IMG/VR virus record: IMGVR_UViG_2645727775_000019
Coordinates: 1 to 37,692 of that record
DNA length: 37,692 nt
DNA from: a virus
Lineage: Duplodnaviria > Heunggongvirae > Uroviricota > Caudoviricetes
Strand: one strand, 5' to 3'
Position numbers and translations under genes: made by a program
Notes under the pieces: generated by a model
What the model was told of the DNA's origin: nothing
What the model saw: the letters and a program-made list of their open reading frames with translations, nothing else
The model's database searches: none
Part shown: in pieces, positions 1-9,447 of the stretch
Numbering within the stretch: position 1 is the stretch's first letter
Layout: each line of letters starts with the position of its first letter

Positions 1-1158
1 ATGCTCACCGTTAAGCAGATTGAAGCAGCAAAGCCGAAAGAAAAACCATACCGCCTACTCGATGGTAATGGCCTGTACCTTTATGTCCCTGTATCAGGGA
101 AAAAGGTATGGCAGCTTCGCTACAAGATTGACGGTAAGGAGAAAATCCTGACCGTCGGAAAATATCCGCTTATGACTTTGCAGGAGGCAAGGGATAAGGC
201 ATGGACTGCGAGGAAAGACATCTCGGTTGGCATCGATCCGGTAAAGGCGAAAAAGGCTTCGTCTAACAACAATTCCTTTAGCGCCATTTACAAGGAATGG
301 TACGAGCACAAGAAGCAAGTCTGGTCAATAGGCTATGCAACTGAACTTGCAAAAATGTTTGATGACGACATTTTACCTATCATCGGCGGTCTTGAAATTC
401 AGGATATTGAGCCGATGCAACTGCTGGAAGTAATCCGCAGATTTGAAGATCGCGGTGCAATGGAACGAGCCAATAAAGCCCGCAGAAGATGCGGCGAGGT
501 TTTCCGTTACGCTATTGTCACCGGAAGGGCTAAATATAACCCGGCACCTGACCTTGCAGACGCCATGAAAGGATACCGCAAGAAGAACTTCCCGTTTCTT
601 CCAGCAGACCAGATCCCTGCATTCAACAAAGCACTGGCAACATTTTCAGGAAGCATCGTATCGCTCATTGCGACCAAAGTTTTACGCTACACAGCCCTAA
701 GAACGAAAGAGCTTCGTTCCATGCAATGGAAGAACGTCGATTTTGAAAACAGGATTATCACTATCGACGCCAGTGTGATGAAGGGCCGCAAGATTCATGT
801 TGTTCCTATGTCAGACCAGGTGGTTGAACTTCTCACTACGCTAAGCTCCATCACTAAACCAGTATCAGAGTTTGTTTTTGCCGGGCGCAACGATAAGAAG
901 AAGCCAATCTGCGAGAACGCGGTATTGCTTGTGATCAAACAAATCGGCTATGAGGGTCTGGAAAGCGGTCACGGATTCAGGCATGAATTCAGCACAATTA
1001 TGAACGAGCACGAATGGCCTGCTGACGCTATTGAAGTGCAACTGGCACATGCCAACGGCGGATCTGTGCGTGGGATTTACAACCATGCTCAGTATCTCGA
1101 TAAACGCAGAGAAATGATGCAATGGTGGGCGGACTGGCTTGATGAAAAGGTGGCATAG
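1..1158 (+). CDS. intS: P4-family tyrosine integrase (IntS-like)
   Basis: 385-aa ORF; N-terminus MLTVKQIEAAKPKEKPYRLLDGNGLYL is the typical P4-integrase arm-binding domain; C-terminal catalytic domain; length matches IntS. Confidence 0.9.
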   Translation: MLTVKQIEAAKPKEKPYRLLDGNGLYLYVPVSGKKVWQLRYKIDGKEKILTVGKYPLMTLQEARDKAWTARKDISVGIDPVKAKKASSNNNSFSAIYKEWYEHKKQVWSIGYATELAKMFDDDILPIIGGLEIQDIEPMQLLEVIRRFEDRGAMERANKARRRCGEVFRYAIVTGRAKYNPAPDLADAMKGYRKKNFPFLPADQIPAFNKALATFSGSIVSLIATKVLRYTALRTKELRSMQWKNVDFENRIITIDASVMKGRKIHVVPMSDQVVELLTTLSSITKPVSEFVFAGRNDKKKPICENAVLLVIKQIGYEGLESGHGFRHEFSTIMNEHEWPADAIEVQLAHANGGSVRGIYNHAQYLDKRREMMQWWADWLDEKVA

Positions 1159-1164
1159 CGCCAC

Positions 1165-1554
1165 CTACATCACAGGGCAATCATCAAACTCACCAGAACG
1201 CGCATCATTGATGATGTACGTTATCACCCCAAACAAATGCGACTCATCATCAAACAGGCTGGTCGGCTTTGGTATCTCCTCTACCGCTCCAGTCTCAAGA
1301 TTAATCAGATGTGGTTTAGGGTAGCGCTTGTATCGCTTCACTCTGAACTCATTGTCAACTGAACAAATCAGCAACGAGCCATCAAACGGCATCAGTGAAC
1401 TGTCAACGACGAGCAAAGCACCGTACATGATGCCTTCTCGCCAGTACGTTTTCCCTGACCGCATGAAGTACGTTGCCGATGGTTTGCTGATTAACGTCTC
1501 GTCGAGCGATATGCGTTGCTCAACGTAGTCTGCAGCCGGACTCGGGAATCCCAT
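1165..1554 (-). CDS. UmuD'-like (HumD-like) S24-fold protein, starting at the position of the UmuD self-cleavage site
   Basis: 129 aa beginning MGFPSPAADYVEQRI, matching UmuD from Gly25 onward (recalled sequence); true ATG start; the GDSM nucleophile motif reads GKTY here. Confidence 0.75.
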   Translation of the reverse strand: MGFPSPAADYVEQRISLDETLISKPSATYFMRSGKTYWREGIMYGALLVVDSSLMPFDGSLLICSVDNEFRVKRYKRYPKPHLINLETGAVEEIPKPTSLFDDESHLFGVITYIINDARSGEFDDCPVM

Positions 1555-1573
1555 GATGCACCTCAGTCATCAA

Positions 1574-1593
1574 TACTGGATAAAATCACAGTA
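1574..1593. promoter_or_regulatory. LexA (SOS) box overlapping the promoter of the UmuD'-like gene
   Basis: Plus-strand TACTGGATAAAATCACAGTA fits TACTG-N10-CAGTA; lies ~20 nt upstream of the minus-strand ATG and overlaps a TATACT -10-like hexamer. Confidence 0.6.
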
Positions 1594-1971
1594 TAAATGC
1601 TCTATATCAAATCAGCAAAGGAATAGGATAAGAATCTTTGCTGAACCGGTCTATATCATGAGACCCTTTGCAGGTTTACCAGAAAAAACCTTAGGTTTTA
1701 ATGAGCTAACAAAACGTGTCCTCCTAATCATTCTGGGTGCAAAGGTTAAGTTAATTCCTATGAATGAAATTCATGAAACAGTGCAAGTACAAGATGATAA
1801 AGAAGGTCTGCCATGAGTGCTTAAGGATGTGTTTGAATAATCCGCTATGCGTATGACATCCCTGGCTAAGGATAGTTCGCCATGTAGAGTTGTAGAATTG
1901 ATACAGGCTACCAGCATAATATCCAACGATAGCCTGCTCCGTATGTAGACATTATCTATATATAGATCCAC

Positions 1972-2946
1972 CTAAGTATATATTTTTGAGTTTGGTAATG
2001 CCTTCCTGAGCGCTTTAAAAACTATTGAAAGTACGTATTTATATACGTATGCAAAAATACAAACAATTACAACAAACAAGACGGATTTTATCCCATCTGA
2101 ACTTATAAACGATAATAAATGGTATGCTTTCATCAAAAACATGAATTCTATAAGATACATCTCGTAAGATAGTATGCCAATAAATTTCAATGGTGTTATG
2201 TTTATATTTGCAACTCTAAGAATCGATGTAATTCCAATTATAAGAAATGCGCTTGCTATATTTGTTGCTGCATAGTCAAAAAAACTAACATCAATCCCTT
2301 TATAAAAATAAAGGGATAAAATTAAGGACACCAAAGAAACTATGACAAACAAAAGTAATATCCATTTATCTATTGCATATCCTTTGACTTTTTCATACAC
2401 CACTCCAATTAGTGAACCTAGTGGAAATGCAGCAACGTATAGTCCGGCCCCTGCTGGAGGAGGGAATATATCTGCGTTTTTGTAAAGCAATACAGAAAAA
2501 AGGAAAAGGAAGGCTATTTTAATATTAATAGAGATATTAGCGCTAAAAATTAGAAAAAAAGCCAGATACCATATTATTATAAAAGATATATACCACATAC
2601 TAGGATCTATAGTGGCATTCAAATCAATGCCTAGTATGGTAATCGCTAAATGATAAAAGTCATCATTTGTAATTGCTGGATGTCCAAAAGCAATAATCCA
2701 AACAATGGTTATAATAGCGTATGGAACAAGTACTTTTGATAGCCTTTTTGAAAAAAAAGAATCCAACCCTGATTTAATGTAAGATTGCACAAGGCCAAAG
2801 CCTGACAGCATAAGGAATAGAGCAACACCATATGCCCCGGCGTGCGGGATTACATTTACATGCCCAAGCATGACAAGGAGAATAGCAACGCCTTTTAGTT
2901 CAATGGTGTGATCTCTATCAAAAATTACATTACTTATTTTTCTCAT
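1972..2946 (-). CDS. Acyltransferase family 3 integral membrane protein (O-antigen/LPS O-acetyltransferase-like), probable lysogenic conversion gene
   Basis: Multi-TM protein with N-terminal RKISNVIFDRDHTIELKGVAILLVMLGH motif typical of acyltransferase_3; very AT-rich compared with flanks; start taken at internal Met MRKISN. Confidence 0.75.
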   Translation of the reverse strand: MRKISNVIFDRDHTIELKGVAILLVMLGHVNVIPHAGAYGVALFLMLSGFGLVQSYIKSGLDSFFSKRLSKVLVPYAIITIVWIIAFGHPAITNDDFYHLAITILGIDLNATIDPSMWYISFIIIWYLAFFLIFSANISINIKIAFLFLFSVLLYKNADIFPPPAGAGLYVAAFPLGSLIGVVYEKVKGYAIDKWILLLFVIVSLVSLILSLYFYKGIDVSFFDYAATNIASAFLIIGITSILRVANINITPLKFIGILSYEMYLIEFMFLMKAYHLLSFISSDGIKSVLFVVIVCIFAYVYKYVLSIVFKALRKALPNSKIYT

Positions 2947-3149
2947 TTCATGACTACCTGCGCAGTTTTTCATTGCTAATGAATGTTGCATACTTTACAA
3001 AAGTATACTATACAGTATTTGCGTTGTCATTGAATATAAATATACCTGCGGCAGAATCATTATTGAGGAGGCCATAGCAGTGGATAATTCATCCACTGCC
3101 TAGTGCATATATCAATCGCATGATTGTATTTTTGACAAACCTGATTTAG

Positions 3150-3581
3150 CTATTCATCTGGAAAGGTTGGCCATATCACATGCTCTGGATCGGTTGAGAC
3201 ATTGATAGATTTAACGTCATTTTTAAATGCCAACCACGCCGACAGTTTCTCCTTGTTGGTGTCGTTGATTTCACCGAGCATCAGTTCTGTTCGCCAGTCG
3301 AGCATAGTTTCGTCCGCATGTGCCAGCAGTTGCTGGCGAATTTGTTCAGCGGCAGCAATAAGTTCGTCGTGTGTCGGTGGAGGCATATCCCCCCAGGCAG
3401 GATGTCCATCATCACCCGCGATGCGTACTTTCCCTTGCAACGTTCTGTCTTCAATAAATTCCAGGTAAGTGTCATATGTCACTTCGACAATATCAGCAAG
3501 TTCCCATCCGGCCTGTTCATGTTTCGCCACATCATTTTTAGCGAAAAAACTATTATTTGAGGCGCTATAAACCATTTCCAT
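3150..3581 (-). CDS. Tail fiber assembly protein (Tfa)
   Basis: 143 aa; start 1 nt after tail fiber stop; C-terminal region resembles Tfa chaperones. Confidence 0.8.
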   Translation of the reverse strand: MEMVYSASNNSFFAKNDVAKHEQAGWELADIVEVTYDTYLEFIEDRTLQGKVRIAGDDGHPAWGDMPPPTHDELIAAAEQIRQQLLAHADETMLDWRTELMLGEINDTNKEKLSAWLAFKNDVKSINVSTDPEHVIWPTFPDE

Positions 3582-3582
3582 A

Positions 3583-4374
3583 TTAATACCCTACTGCAAT
3601 ATAAAAAACTGATTCACCAGCGTCCTGAGAACCTACCCCCGGAACGCCAGACCAGGCTTTGTTAATGAATGCAAAACCGGTATTACTCAGATCAGATGCT
3701 CTGTACATCGGGCTGAACATCCAGTAGTTGGCTACATATGTTTGTCCGAAAACAATGCCATAGCACTGATTTGTAAATGGCGTAGAAAATAATTTTCCAC
3801 CAGTACCAGCGATAGTCCCGAATCGCATCTGGAACCCATTCGGGAAATTAATTCCGCCTGCCGGTGAAGACCAGTAAGACATATCAGGTATTTGCCCAGC
3901 ACTATTTCCCACGTTTTTTGTTGCAACGGTTCCTAACCCAAGATTAGCTCTTGCATCAGATTTATTTGTTAACTCATAAAGATTATTTTCCTTTTGAAGT
4001 GCTCCTGTTATGCGTAAATCATCACCAGCGGCAACGGTTCCGACTGTCGTGCCCACATCCCTTTTCGCCGCTTCTCCTAAACCAAGGTTTTCGAGAGCCG
4101 TTTGCACAGTGCCATCCGATTTGATATCGCCAAACGGATTCTTGCGGCTTAACAGCAGCGCACGAAGTGCGGTAAGCAGCTGGTCATGCCGCCCTTTCTC
4201 CAGGCTGGCACCGGAGGCCTCCACCACGCTACAAAGTTCTTCCTGCAACATGTCAAAGTAGTCATCATCCAGATCGGTGGCAGGCGTGCCAGTCTGGGGG
4301 TTACCACGGGTAAAACCGTTCTTACCCGCGCCGAACTTATCCTTCTGCGCGGTTTTCGTGTCTATACGATGCAT
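3583..4374 (-). CDS. Tail fiber protein (short, 263 aa)
   Basis: N-terminal [21 protein letters not shown] and repeated ANLGLG-type fiber motifs; position just upstream of Tfa. Confidence 0.75.
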   Translation of the reverse strand: MHRIDTKTAQKDKFGAGKNGFTRGNPQTGTPATDLDDDYFDMLQEELCSVVEASGASLEKGRHDQLLTALRALLLSRKNPFGDIKSDGTVQTALENLGLGEAAKRDVGTTVGTVAAGDDLRITGALQKENNLYELTNKSDARANLGLGTVATKNVGNSAGQIPDMSYWSSPAGGINFPNGFQMRFGTIAGTGGKLFSTPFTNQCYGIVFGQTYVANYWMFSPMYRASDLSNTGFAFINKAWSGVPGVGSQDAGESVFYIAVGY

Positions 4375-4377
4375 GGA

Positions 4378-4962
4378 TTACTCCGGATATTTAAAAATTA
4401 CGTAGGTATGCGAAGGGCAGAGTTTGTTAAGCACGCACTCGACAACGGTGTCGCCCCAGATACGCAGTGCGGAATCACAGGGATCGCCACATGTCATCCA
4501 GGTGGTGTTGGTGGCGGCTGGCATGTTGACCTGCCAGTAATACCGCCATTCCGGCGCATTCACCGCGTCAGTACAGGCCGATGAGCAGGTGAACGTGCTT
4601 TTATCGTATCGCGTGATAGTGGCGTCTGGTCTGCCCAGGGCAGCAAGCTGTGCAAGGTAAAAATCCTCATTGATGCCGCCCGCCAGATTAACCTTCGCAT
4701 CCAGCCGTTGCTGACGCTGGCGAAGGGTCTGTGTCCCTGCGGGAATACATTCATCCGGCAGACCGCACAGACGCTCCCAGCGGTTTATCAGTTCAGTGGT
4801 GGTGCGCGGATCCAGCTCCCGCATCAGGGCATCCGCACGCTGATGAACACGGGTTAATGACGGTGCCGCACCTGCAATCGCCGGATCGCTGGCTGACCAC
4901 GCCGGACCGGGCGGCAGCAGTGTCGACAACAGACGGATGTAATCATCGTTTGTCACGTCCAT
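4378..4962 (-). CDS. Mu gp48-like / YmfQ-like tail protein (DUF2313-type)
   Basis: 194 aa; position after baseplate J-like gene; resemblance to YmfQ-type tail proteins. Confidence 0.65.
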   Translation of the reverse strand: MDVTNDDYIRLLSTLLPPGPAWSASDPAIAGAAPSLTRVHQRADALMRELDPRTTTELINRWERLCGLPDECIPAGTQTLRQRQQRLDAKVNLAGGINEDFYLAQLAALGRPDATITRYDKSTFTCSSACTDAVNAPEWRYYWQVNMPAATNTTWMTCGDPCDSALRIWGDTVVECVLNKLCPSHTYVIFKYPE

Positions 4963-6011
4963 GAAATCGTCCCCAGAACCGCCAGTTCATTTTTTGCAAT
5001 GGAGATATTGTCCGCCGGTGCAAGCAACTGATGGCTGTATTCCCCGTTCGCACCGGAAATCGCTTCACTGATACGTGACACCTTCAGTTCTCCCTGCGGA
5101 TAACCATCACGCAGCAGGAACGAACGCAACTCGGCGGTGATGGCAGCCCGTATTTCCGGTGTGTCCGGCGTCACGCGGATATGAAAATCCACTTTATGCG
5201 CCACCGGCCTGAACACATACAAATCAGAGCCTGCCACCGGGGCCAGTGGCCAGATATGTTGTCTTGCCGCCGTTTCCGTTGATTCTTCCGGAATGGGATT
5301 AATCAGGTCACTGCTGGCAATCATCACACCGACAGTTCCCGTTCCCATCCAGTGACGGTATGTCCATGCGCGGGTAATGCCGGGCACTTCTTTAGCCCAG
5401 ACGACATAGTCCCCGTCAGCCCCGCCCTGCGGCGTCCAGTAATACCGCTCAATGACGCGGGCGCGCCACGTTTCCAGATCTTCAGTATCGAATCCGCCAG
5501 TCAGGGTATCTGCAACACCGGAAGACGGCAGACCATTCACCGGCGTGACCAGGATTAATGCCGTACCGTCGTCAGCGTTACCGACCGCGCCTGTAGTTGA
5601 GCAAGTGATCGGCACACGCAGGACACCACCGGAGCTGGTTGCATCGGCAGTTGCCGTGTACTGAACCAGGTCATCGCGCTGAATCACGCTCCCGGCAGTC
5701 ACCTTCAGGCCATCGCTGACACCTTCCCAGCGCATATACCCGCTGGCAGCCGTGGCCCCCTTGCGCGGACACCGTTTCATCGCAGCATGTCGCGCCAGCC
5801 AGGACTCATCGCACAGGTCAGGCAGCATATTCATTGCCAGATAATCGATGTACCCGTAAACCGTATGCAGCGCCGCCGCATACACCTTTGCCCGCACGTC
5901 TTCATCCATGCGCCGGAGCGTGTCGCTGACGTCCAGCCTGGCGAATAAATCGTTACGGAGCATACTGATATTTTCTGCCAGCGTCGGGCGCTGAAATTCA
6001 CTGTCCGCCAT
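4953..6011 (-). CDS. Baseplate J-like protein (Mu gp47-like)
   Basis: 352 aa; synteny with gp45/gp46-like genes; baseplate J family resemblance. Confidence 0.8.
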   Translation of the reverse strand: MADSEFQRPTLAENISMLRNDLFARLDVSDTLRRMDEDVRAKVYAAALHTVYGYIDYLAMNMLPDLCDESWLARHAAMKRCPRKGATAASGYMRWEGVSDGLKVTAGSVIQRDDLVQYTATADATSSGGVLRVPITCSTTGAVGNADDGTALILVTPVNGLPSSGVADTLTGGFDTEDLETWRARVIERYYWTPQGGADGDYVVWAKEVPGITRAWTYRHWMGTGTVGVMIASSDLINPIPEESTETAARQHIWPLAPVAGSDLYVFRPVAHKVDFHIRVTPDTPEIRAAITAELRSFLLRDGYPQGELKVSRISEAISGANGEYSHQLLAPADNISIAKNELAVLGTISWT

Positions 6012-6426
6012 GCGTTATCGCACTCCACAGATCATCAAAAGAAATCATTACCGGTCCGTCACGACGCCAGAGAGTGATACTGTTACCCAGCTCATTAATC
6101 CCGGTGCGGCGGATATCCAGATCAATACGGGACACCACGCCGTCATCAATCATCCATTGCAGGCATTCGCGGATATACCCCCTTACCGTCTGCACCAGCT
6201 GATTGGTCAGTTTGCTGCGCTGAAGCAGCCACAGTCGGGAGCCGTAACGGTCATTCTGTACCGCAGGCCAGGTATCCCCCCACCATCCCATCGGGACGTC
6301 GGCGTTGTCATCAGGCTCCGCCCGCCGCCAGGTGAACAGGGAAATCACCACGGCGCGGGTCAGCGGATCCAGCGGTGCGCTGGCGCAGGTGCGTTTACCG
6401 TTCACCGTCAGCCACAGTTCCATCAT
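5998..6426 (-). CDS. Mu gp46-like baseplate protein
   Basis: 142 aa; between baseplate V-like and J-like genes. Confidence 0.7.
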   Translation of the reverse strand: MMELWLTVNGKRTCASAPLDPLTRAVVISLFTWRRAEPDDNADVPMGWWGDTWPAVQNDRYGSRLWLLQRSKLTNQLVQTVRGYIRECLQWMIDDGVVSRIDLDIRRTGINELGNSITLWRRDGPVMISFDDLWSAITHGGQ

Positions 6427-6971
6427 GCCTCCATCGCTTTATCAGGTTTGTCGGTGTTACTGCCCTGACCGTTCTCTCTGTGACGATGCCCGTTATAGGC
6501 AAGCCGCATCGCTGACATGGTGGTGCCGCCGGAGTCGCACAGGTCTTTCACCTGTCCTGTCACTTCCAGGTCCATTTCAAAACGTGCTTTAGGTGAATTG
6601 CGAAACGTGATCGTTTTACCTGCACCGTCCACCACGATCCCCTCCCGGGTCAGCGTCACGGACTGCCCCTGATCGTCATAGACAGCCACCTCACCCGTCT
6701 GCAGCCCTTTCAGGCGGTAGCGCCGGTCCGACACCGTAACAACCACCGCATGAGAACGGTCGCCATCCGGAAACAACACCACCGCTTCCGCACCGCTGTT
6801 TGCCCTTGCGGTAAAACCGTAGGGTTCAAGATGTTCAACCCCGGCTTTGGGTTCACCGGCAATCAGAGACACATCCACGGTCTGACATTTCGTGGCGGCA
6901 CTGATGCTTTTCACCACTGCCCGCCCAATCAGGCCGAGGAGTTGTCGCTGCATGGCTTCAATCGTCCTCAT
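6423..6971 (-). CDS. Baseplate assembly protein V / spike (Mu gp45-like)
   Basis: 182 aa; 4-nt overlap with downstream gene; family resemblance. Confidence 0.75.
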   Translation of the reverse strand: MRTIEAMQRQLLGLIGRAVVKSISAATKCQTVDVSLIAGEPKAGVEHLEPYGFTARANSGAEAVVLFPDGDRSHAVVVTVSDRRYRLKGLQTGEVAVYDDQGQSVTLTREGIVVDGAGKTITFRNSPKARFEMDLEVTGQVKDLCDSGGTTMSAMRLAYNGHRHRENGQGSNTDKPDKAMEA

Positions 6972-8050
6972 CAGAACGGGTCCTCCTGTACTCTGGCTTT
7001 TTTCTTTTTCCGCGCGCCGGGGGCTTCGGGTTCAGGCAGATAAGCATCAGGTGGGCCGACACGGATTTCCGTCAGGGTGCCGTTCTGGTCCTGAGTAAAC
7101 GTGACTTCCGAAACAAGCAGTTCGGTATTGTCGAAACCACAGACCGGATCAAAGACAATCACCCGCTGGTTGGGCTGCCACAGCGTACCGTTACCCTGTC
7201 GCCAGCCCTGCACCACATAGGTGGTTTCATCCGTCCGCGCCGCCCGTTGTCGGGCTTCAAAGTCCGCACGGGCAATACAGCCTGCCCCCGTAGCCTGCCC
7301 TGTCTGCCTGATATACATCGGACGGTAACGGGCAATAAATGCATCCTCTGTGCGGGCCCGCAGCGCGGTGGTGGTGGCCTCACCGAAATCATCATCGTTT
7401 CCGGCACGCTGCCCCGCCACCTGGTAAACTGAAAACCGCTCCCGGATACTCTTCTCCGTATCACAGGAAAGGATGTTTTCCCCAAGTACCAGCGCGGTAT
7501 GTGCCCGCGTTGAGCCAATACCGCCAATCACCAGCCTGCCGTGCGGGTCGTCGTAAGCCAGTGCCTGCTGCTGACCGAGTATTTTGTTGATTACCTCAAT
7601 CACCGTTTCACCGTGATCAGGCTGGACATCAGGAATAACACCCGACGGCGCACCGCTGTTCACCACCTCAATGCCGAAAGGCGCAGCAAGCGCCTGCGCA
7701 ATCTGTACCAGCGATCGTCCGTTAAACTGTGTCGGTTCGGCTGCACAGTCAATCAGGTCAGCGGTCAGACTGCGTCCGGCAATACCGGTGCTGACCGAAC
7801 GGGCATCGTAACGAACGGGCGTCGCCTCCACCCAGCCGGTGATCACCAGCTCATCACCAATCAGCACCTCCACTTTTGAACCGTTTTTAATGCGCGGCTG
7901 AAGCGTGGTAATCCCCTCATCTCCCGGCCACTGGCGGGTGATCTCCACACTGAAATCCCGCGCCAGCCGTTCAATACCGGCACCGATGCGCACTGATGTC
8001 CAGCCATTCCACTCCCGGCCATTTACCCGTAGCGTGACATTGTCGTTCAT
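6971..8050 (-). CDS. Mu P-like tail/baseplate hub protein (late control D family)
   Basis: 359 aa; follows DNA circulation protein as in Mu-like tail modules. Confidence 0.75.
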   Translation of the reverse strand: MNDNVTLRVNGREWNGWTSVRIGAGIERLARDFSVEITRQWPGDEGITTLQPRIKNGSKVEVLIGDELVITGWVEATPVRYDARSVSTGIAGRSLTADLIDCAAEPTQFNGRSLVQIAQALAAPFGIEVVNSGAPSGVIPDVQPDHGETVIEVINKILGQQQALAYDDPHGRLVIGGIGSTRAHTALVLGENILSCDTEKSIRERFSVYQVAGQRAGNDDDFGEATTTALRARTEDAFIARYRPMYIRQTGQATGAGCIARADFEARQRAARTDETTYVVQGWRQGNGTLWQPNQRVIVFDPVCGFDNTELLVSEVTFTQDQNGTLTEIRVGPPDAYLPEPEAPGARKKKKARVQEDPF

Positions 8051-9423
8051 TGCACTGGCACCTTCAGAGGGATCACCGGCACAAAGCCGGGATGCGTAAT
8101 GGCATTACGCCGGATAATGTCCGCGTCACGCGCCGCGTTATCAAACCAGGCCGCCGCCAGCACCAGCGCGGGTAAAACCTCATCCGGTGTGCGCTGAATG
8201 ATCCGTGCAGACTGTTCAAGGCGCGTGTTGATATCCGCATTCAGATCTGCTTTCACCCGGCGCAGCGCCAGAAACAGCGCATCACTGGTTGTACGGGACA
8301 ACTCCTTATCAATTGCCGTATTCAGTGTGTCGCGAATGTCGGTCAGTTCTTCCCACGTCGGCAGGTCAACCGTGTTTTTCACCGCCGGTGCATTGTTCAG
8401 TGCCGGATGCGTGACGGAAGGCCAGCAAGTGCTCTGCGCAGGTGTTGTTGCCTGCCCCACTGCGGCATTCTGCATCACCGCGGAAGTTGTTAGCGCAGGC
8501 AATCGGGTGACGGCATACGCCGCTTCGCTGATTGCGGTCGTACGAAGGGTGCTGGCAACCACGTTACGCTGCTGCGTCGCCGTGGCGGTGGTTTTACTGT
8601 CCGTTTTCCAGACGCCGCGCGGTTGCAGATCGCTGCCGAGGCTGACACCGGAAAGCGTTTTGATCATGGTGACCAGGTCGCTGGCGTTACCATAAAGGCG
8701 TTTCCCGGTACGCCACATTTTCTGCACCTGCTCAACGAAATTTTTGCCTGACGATGGCGGCGGCAGAAGTACCGAGATATCCCCCTGCAACAGCCTGGCG
8801 GCATCCGATACGGCAGAATCCACCACTTTCATCGCATCAGAAACATACCCCAGCATTATGCTGGCATTACCGATAACGTCGTTCTGCACGAAATCCGCCA
8901 CACCATCGATACTGAAACCGCTGAAGCTGTCACTGATGCAGTCATCCAGTGCAGAACAGGATGACATCAGCGTCTGCGCCGTCGCCGCACCTGATGTGGG
9001 GTAAGAGAGTTCTCCCGCTTCGACAAACTTCAGGTCAAAGCGGACAATACGCCCTTCACTCTTCGATGTGCTGACCCGAACTTCTCCGTCAACACAGACT
9101 TTCAGCTCACCGTATGTCGGATGGACAAGCGTGCCGGGACCGGGTTTATTCAGCGCGTCAATCAGGCGATCGCGCTGGTCAAAGCAGTCATCTCCCACCA
9201 CATAAGCCGTGATGGACGGGCGAAAAGTGATTTTCCCCAGGTCTTCGGTATAGGGTTTGTCGCGGTTCGGGTATTCATGTGTTTCCACACGGCGACCGGT
9301 TCCCGCACTTTCTTCTTCAACCTTAAACGGCACGCCGCGAAATGACGCGTCCTGGAGTCTGTCACGCCAGCCTGAAGACGACGAAAGTAATGAAGGTCGG
9401 GTGGGAAATGAGGATAAATCCAT
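8047..9423 (-). CDS. Mu N-like DNA circulation protein
   Basis: 458 aa; N-terminal domain resembles Mu gpN DNA circularisation protein; directly downstream of tape measure. Confidence 0.75.
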   Translation of the reverse strand: MDLSSFPTRPSLLSSSSGWRDRLQDASFRGVPFKVEEESAGTGRRVETHEYPNRDKPYTEDLGKITFRPSITAYVVGDDCFDQRDRLIDALNKPGPGTLVHPTYGELKVCVDGEVRVSTSKSEGRIVRFDLKFVEAGELSYPTSGAATAQTLMSSCSALDDCISDSFSGFSIDGVADFVQNDVIGNASIMLGYVSDAMKVVDSAVSDAARLLQGDISVLLPPPSSGKNFVEQVQKMWRTGKRLYGNASDLVTMIKTLSGVSLGSDLQPRGVWKTDSKTTATATQQRNVVASTLRTTAISEAAYAVTRLPALTTSAVMQNAAVGQATTPAQSTCWPSVTHPALNNAPAVKNTVDLPTWEELTDIRDTLNTAIDKELSRTTSDALFLALRRVKADLNADINTRLEQSARIIQRTPDEVLPALVLAAAWFDNAARDADIIRRNAITHPGFVPVIPLKVPVQ

Positions 9424-9447
9424 AGACTGACCTCAAAAAGGACTGCG

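Noticed and set aside
1553-1816. 87-aa plus-strand ORF between the UmuD'-like gene and the acyltransferase
   Set aside because: Overlaps the LexA box and promoter region of the UmuD'-like gene; AT-rich intergenic translation without a ribosome binding site
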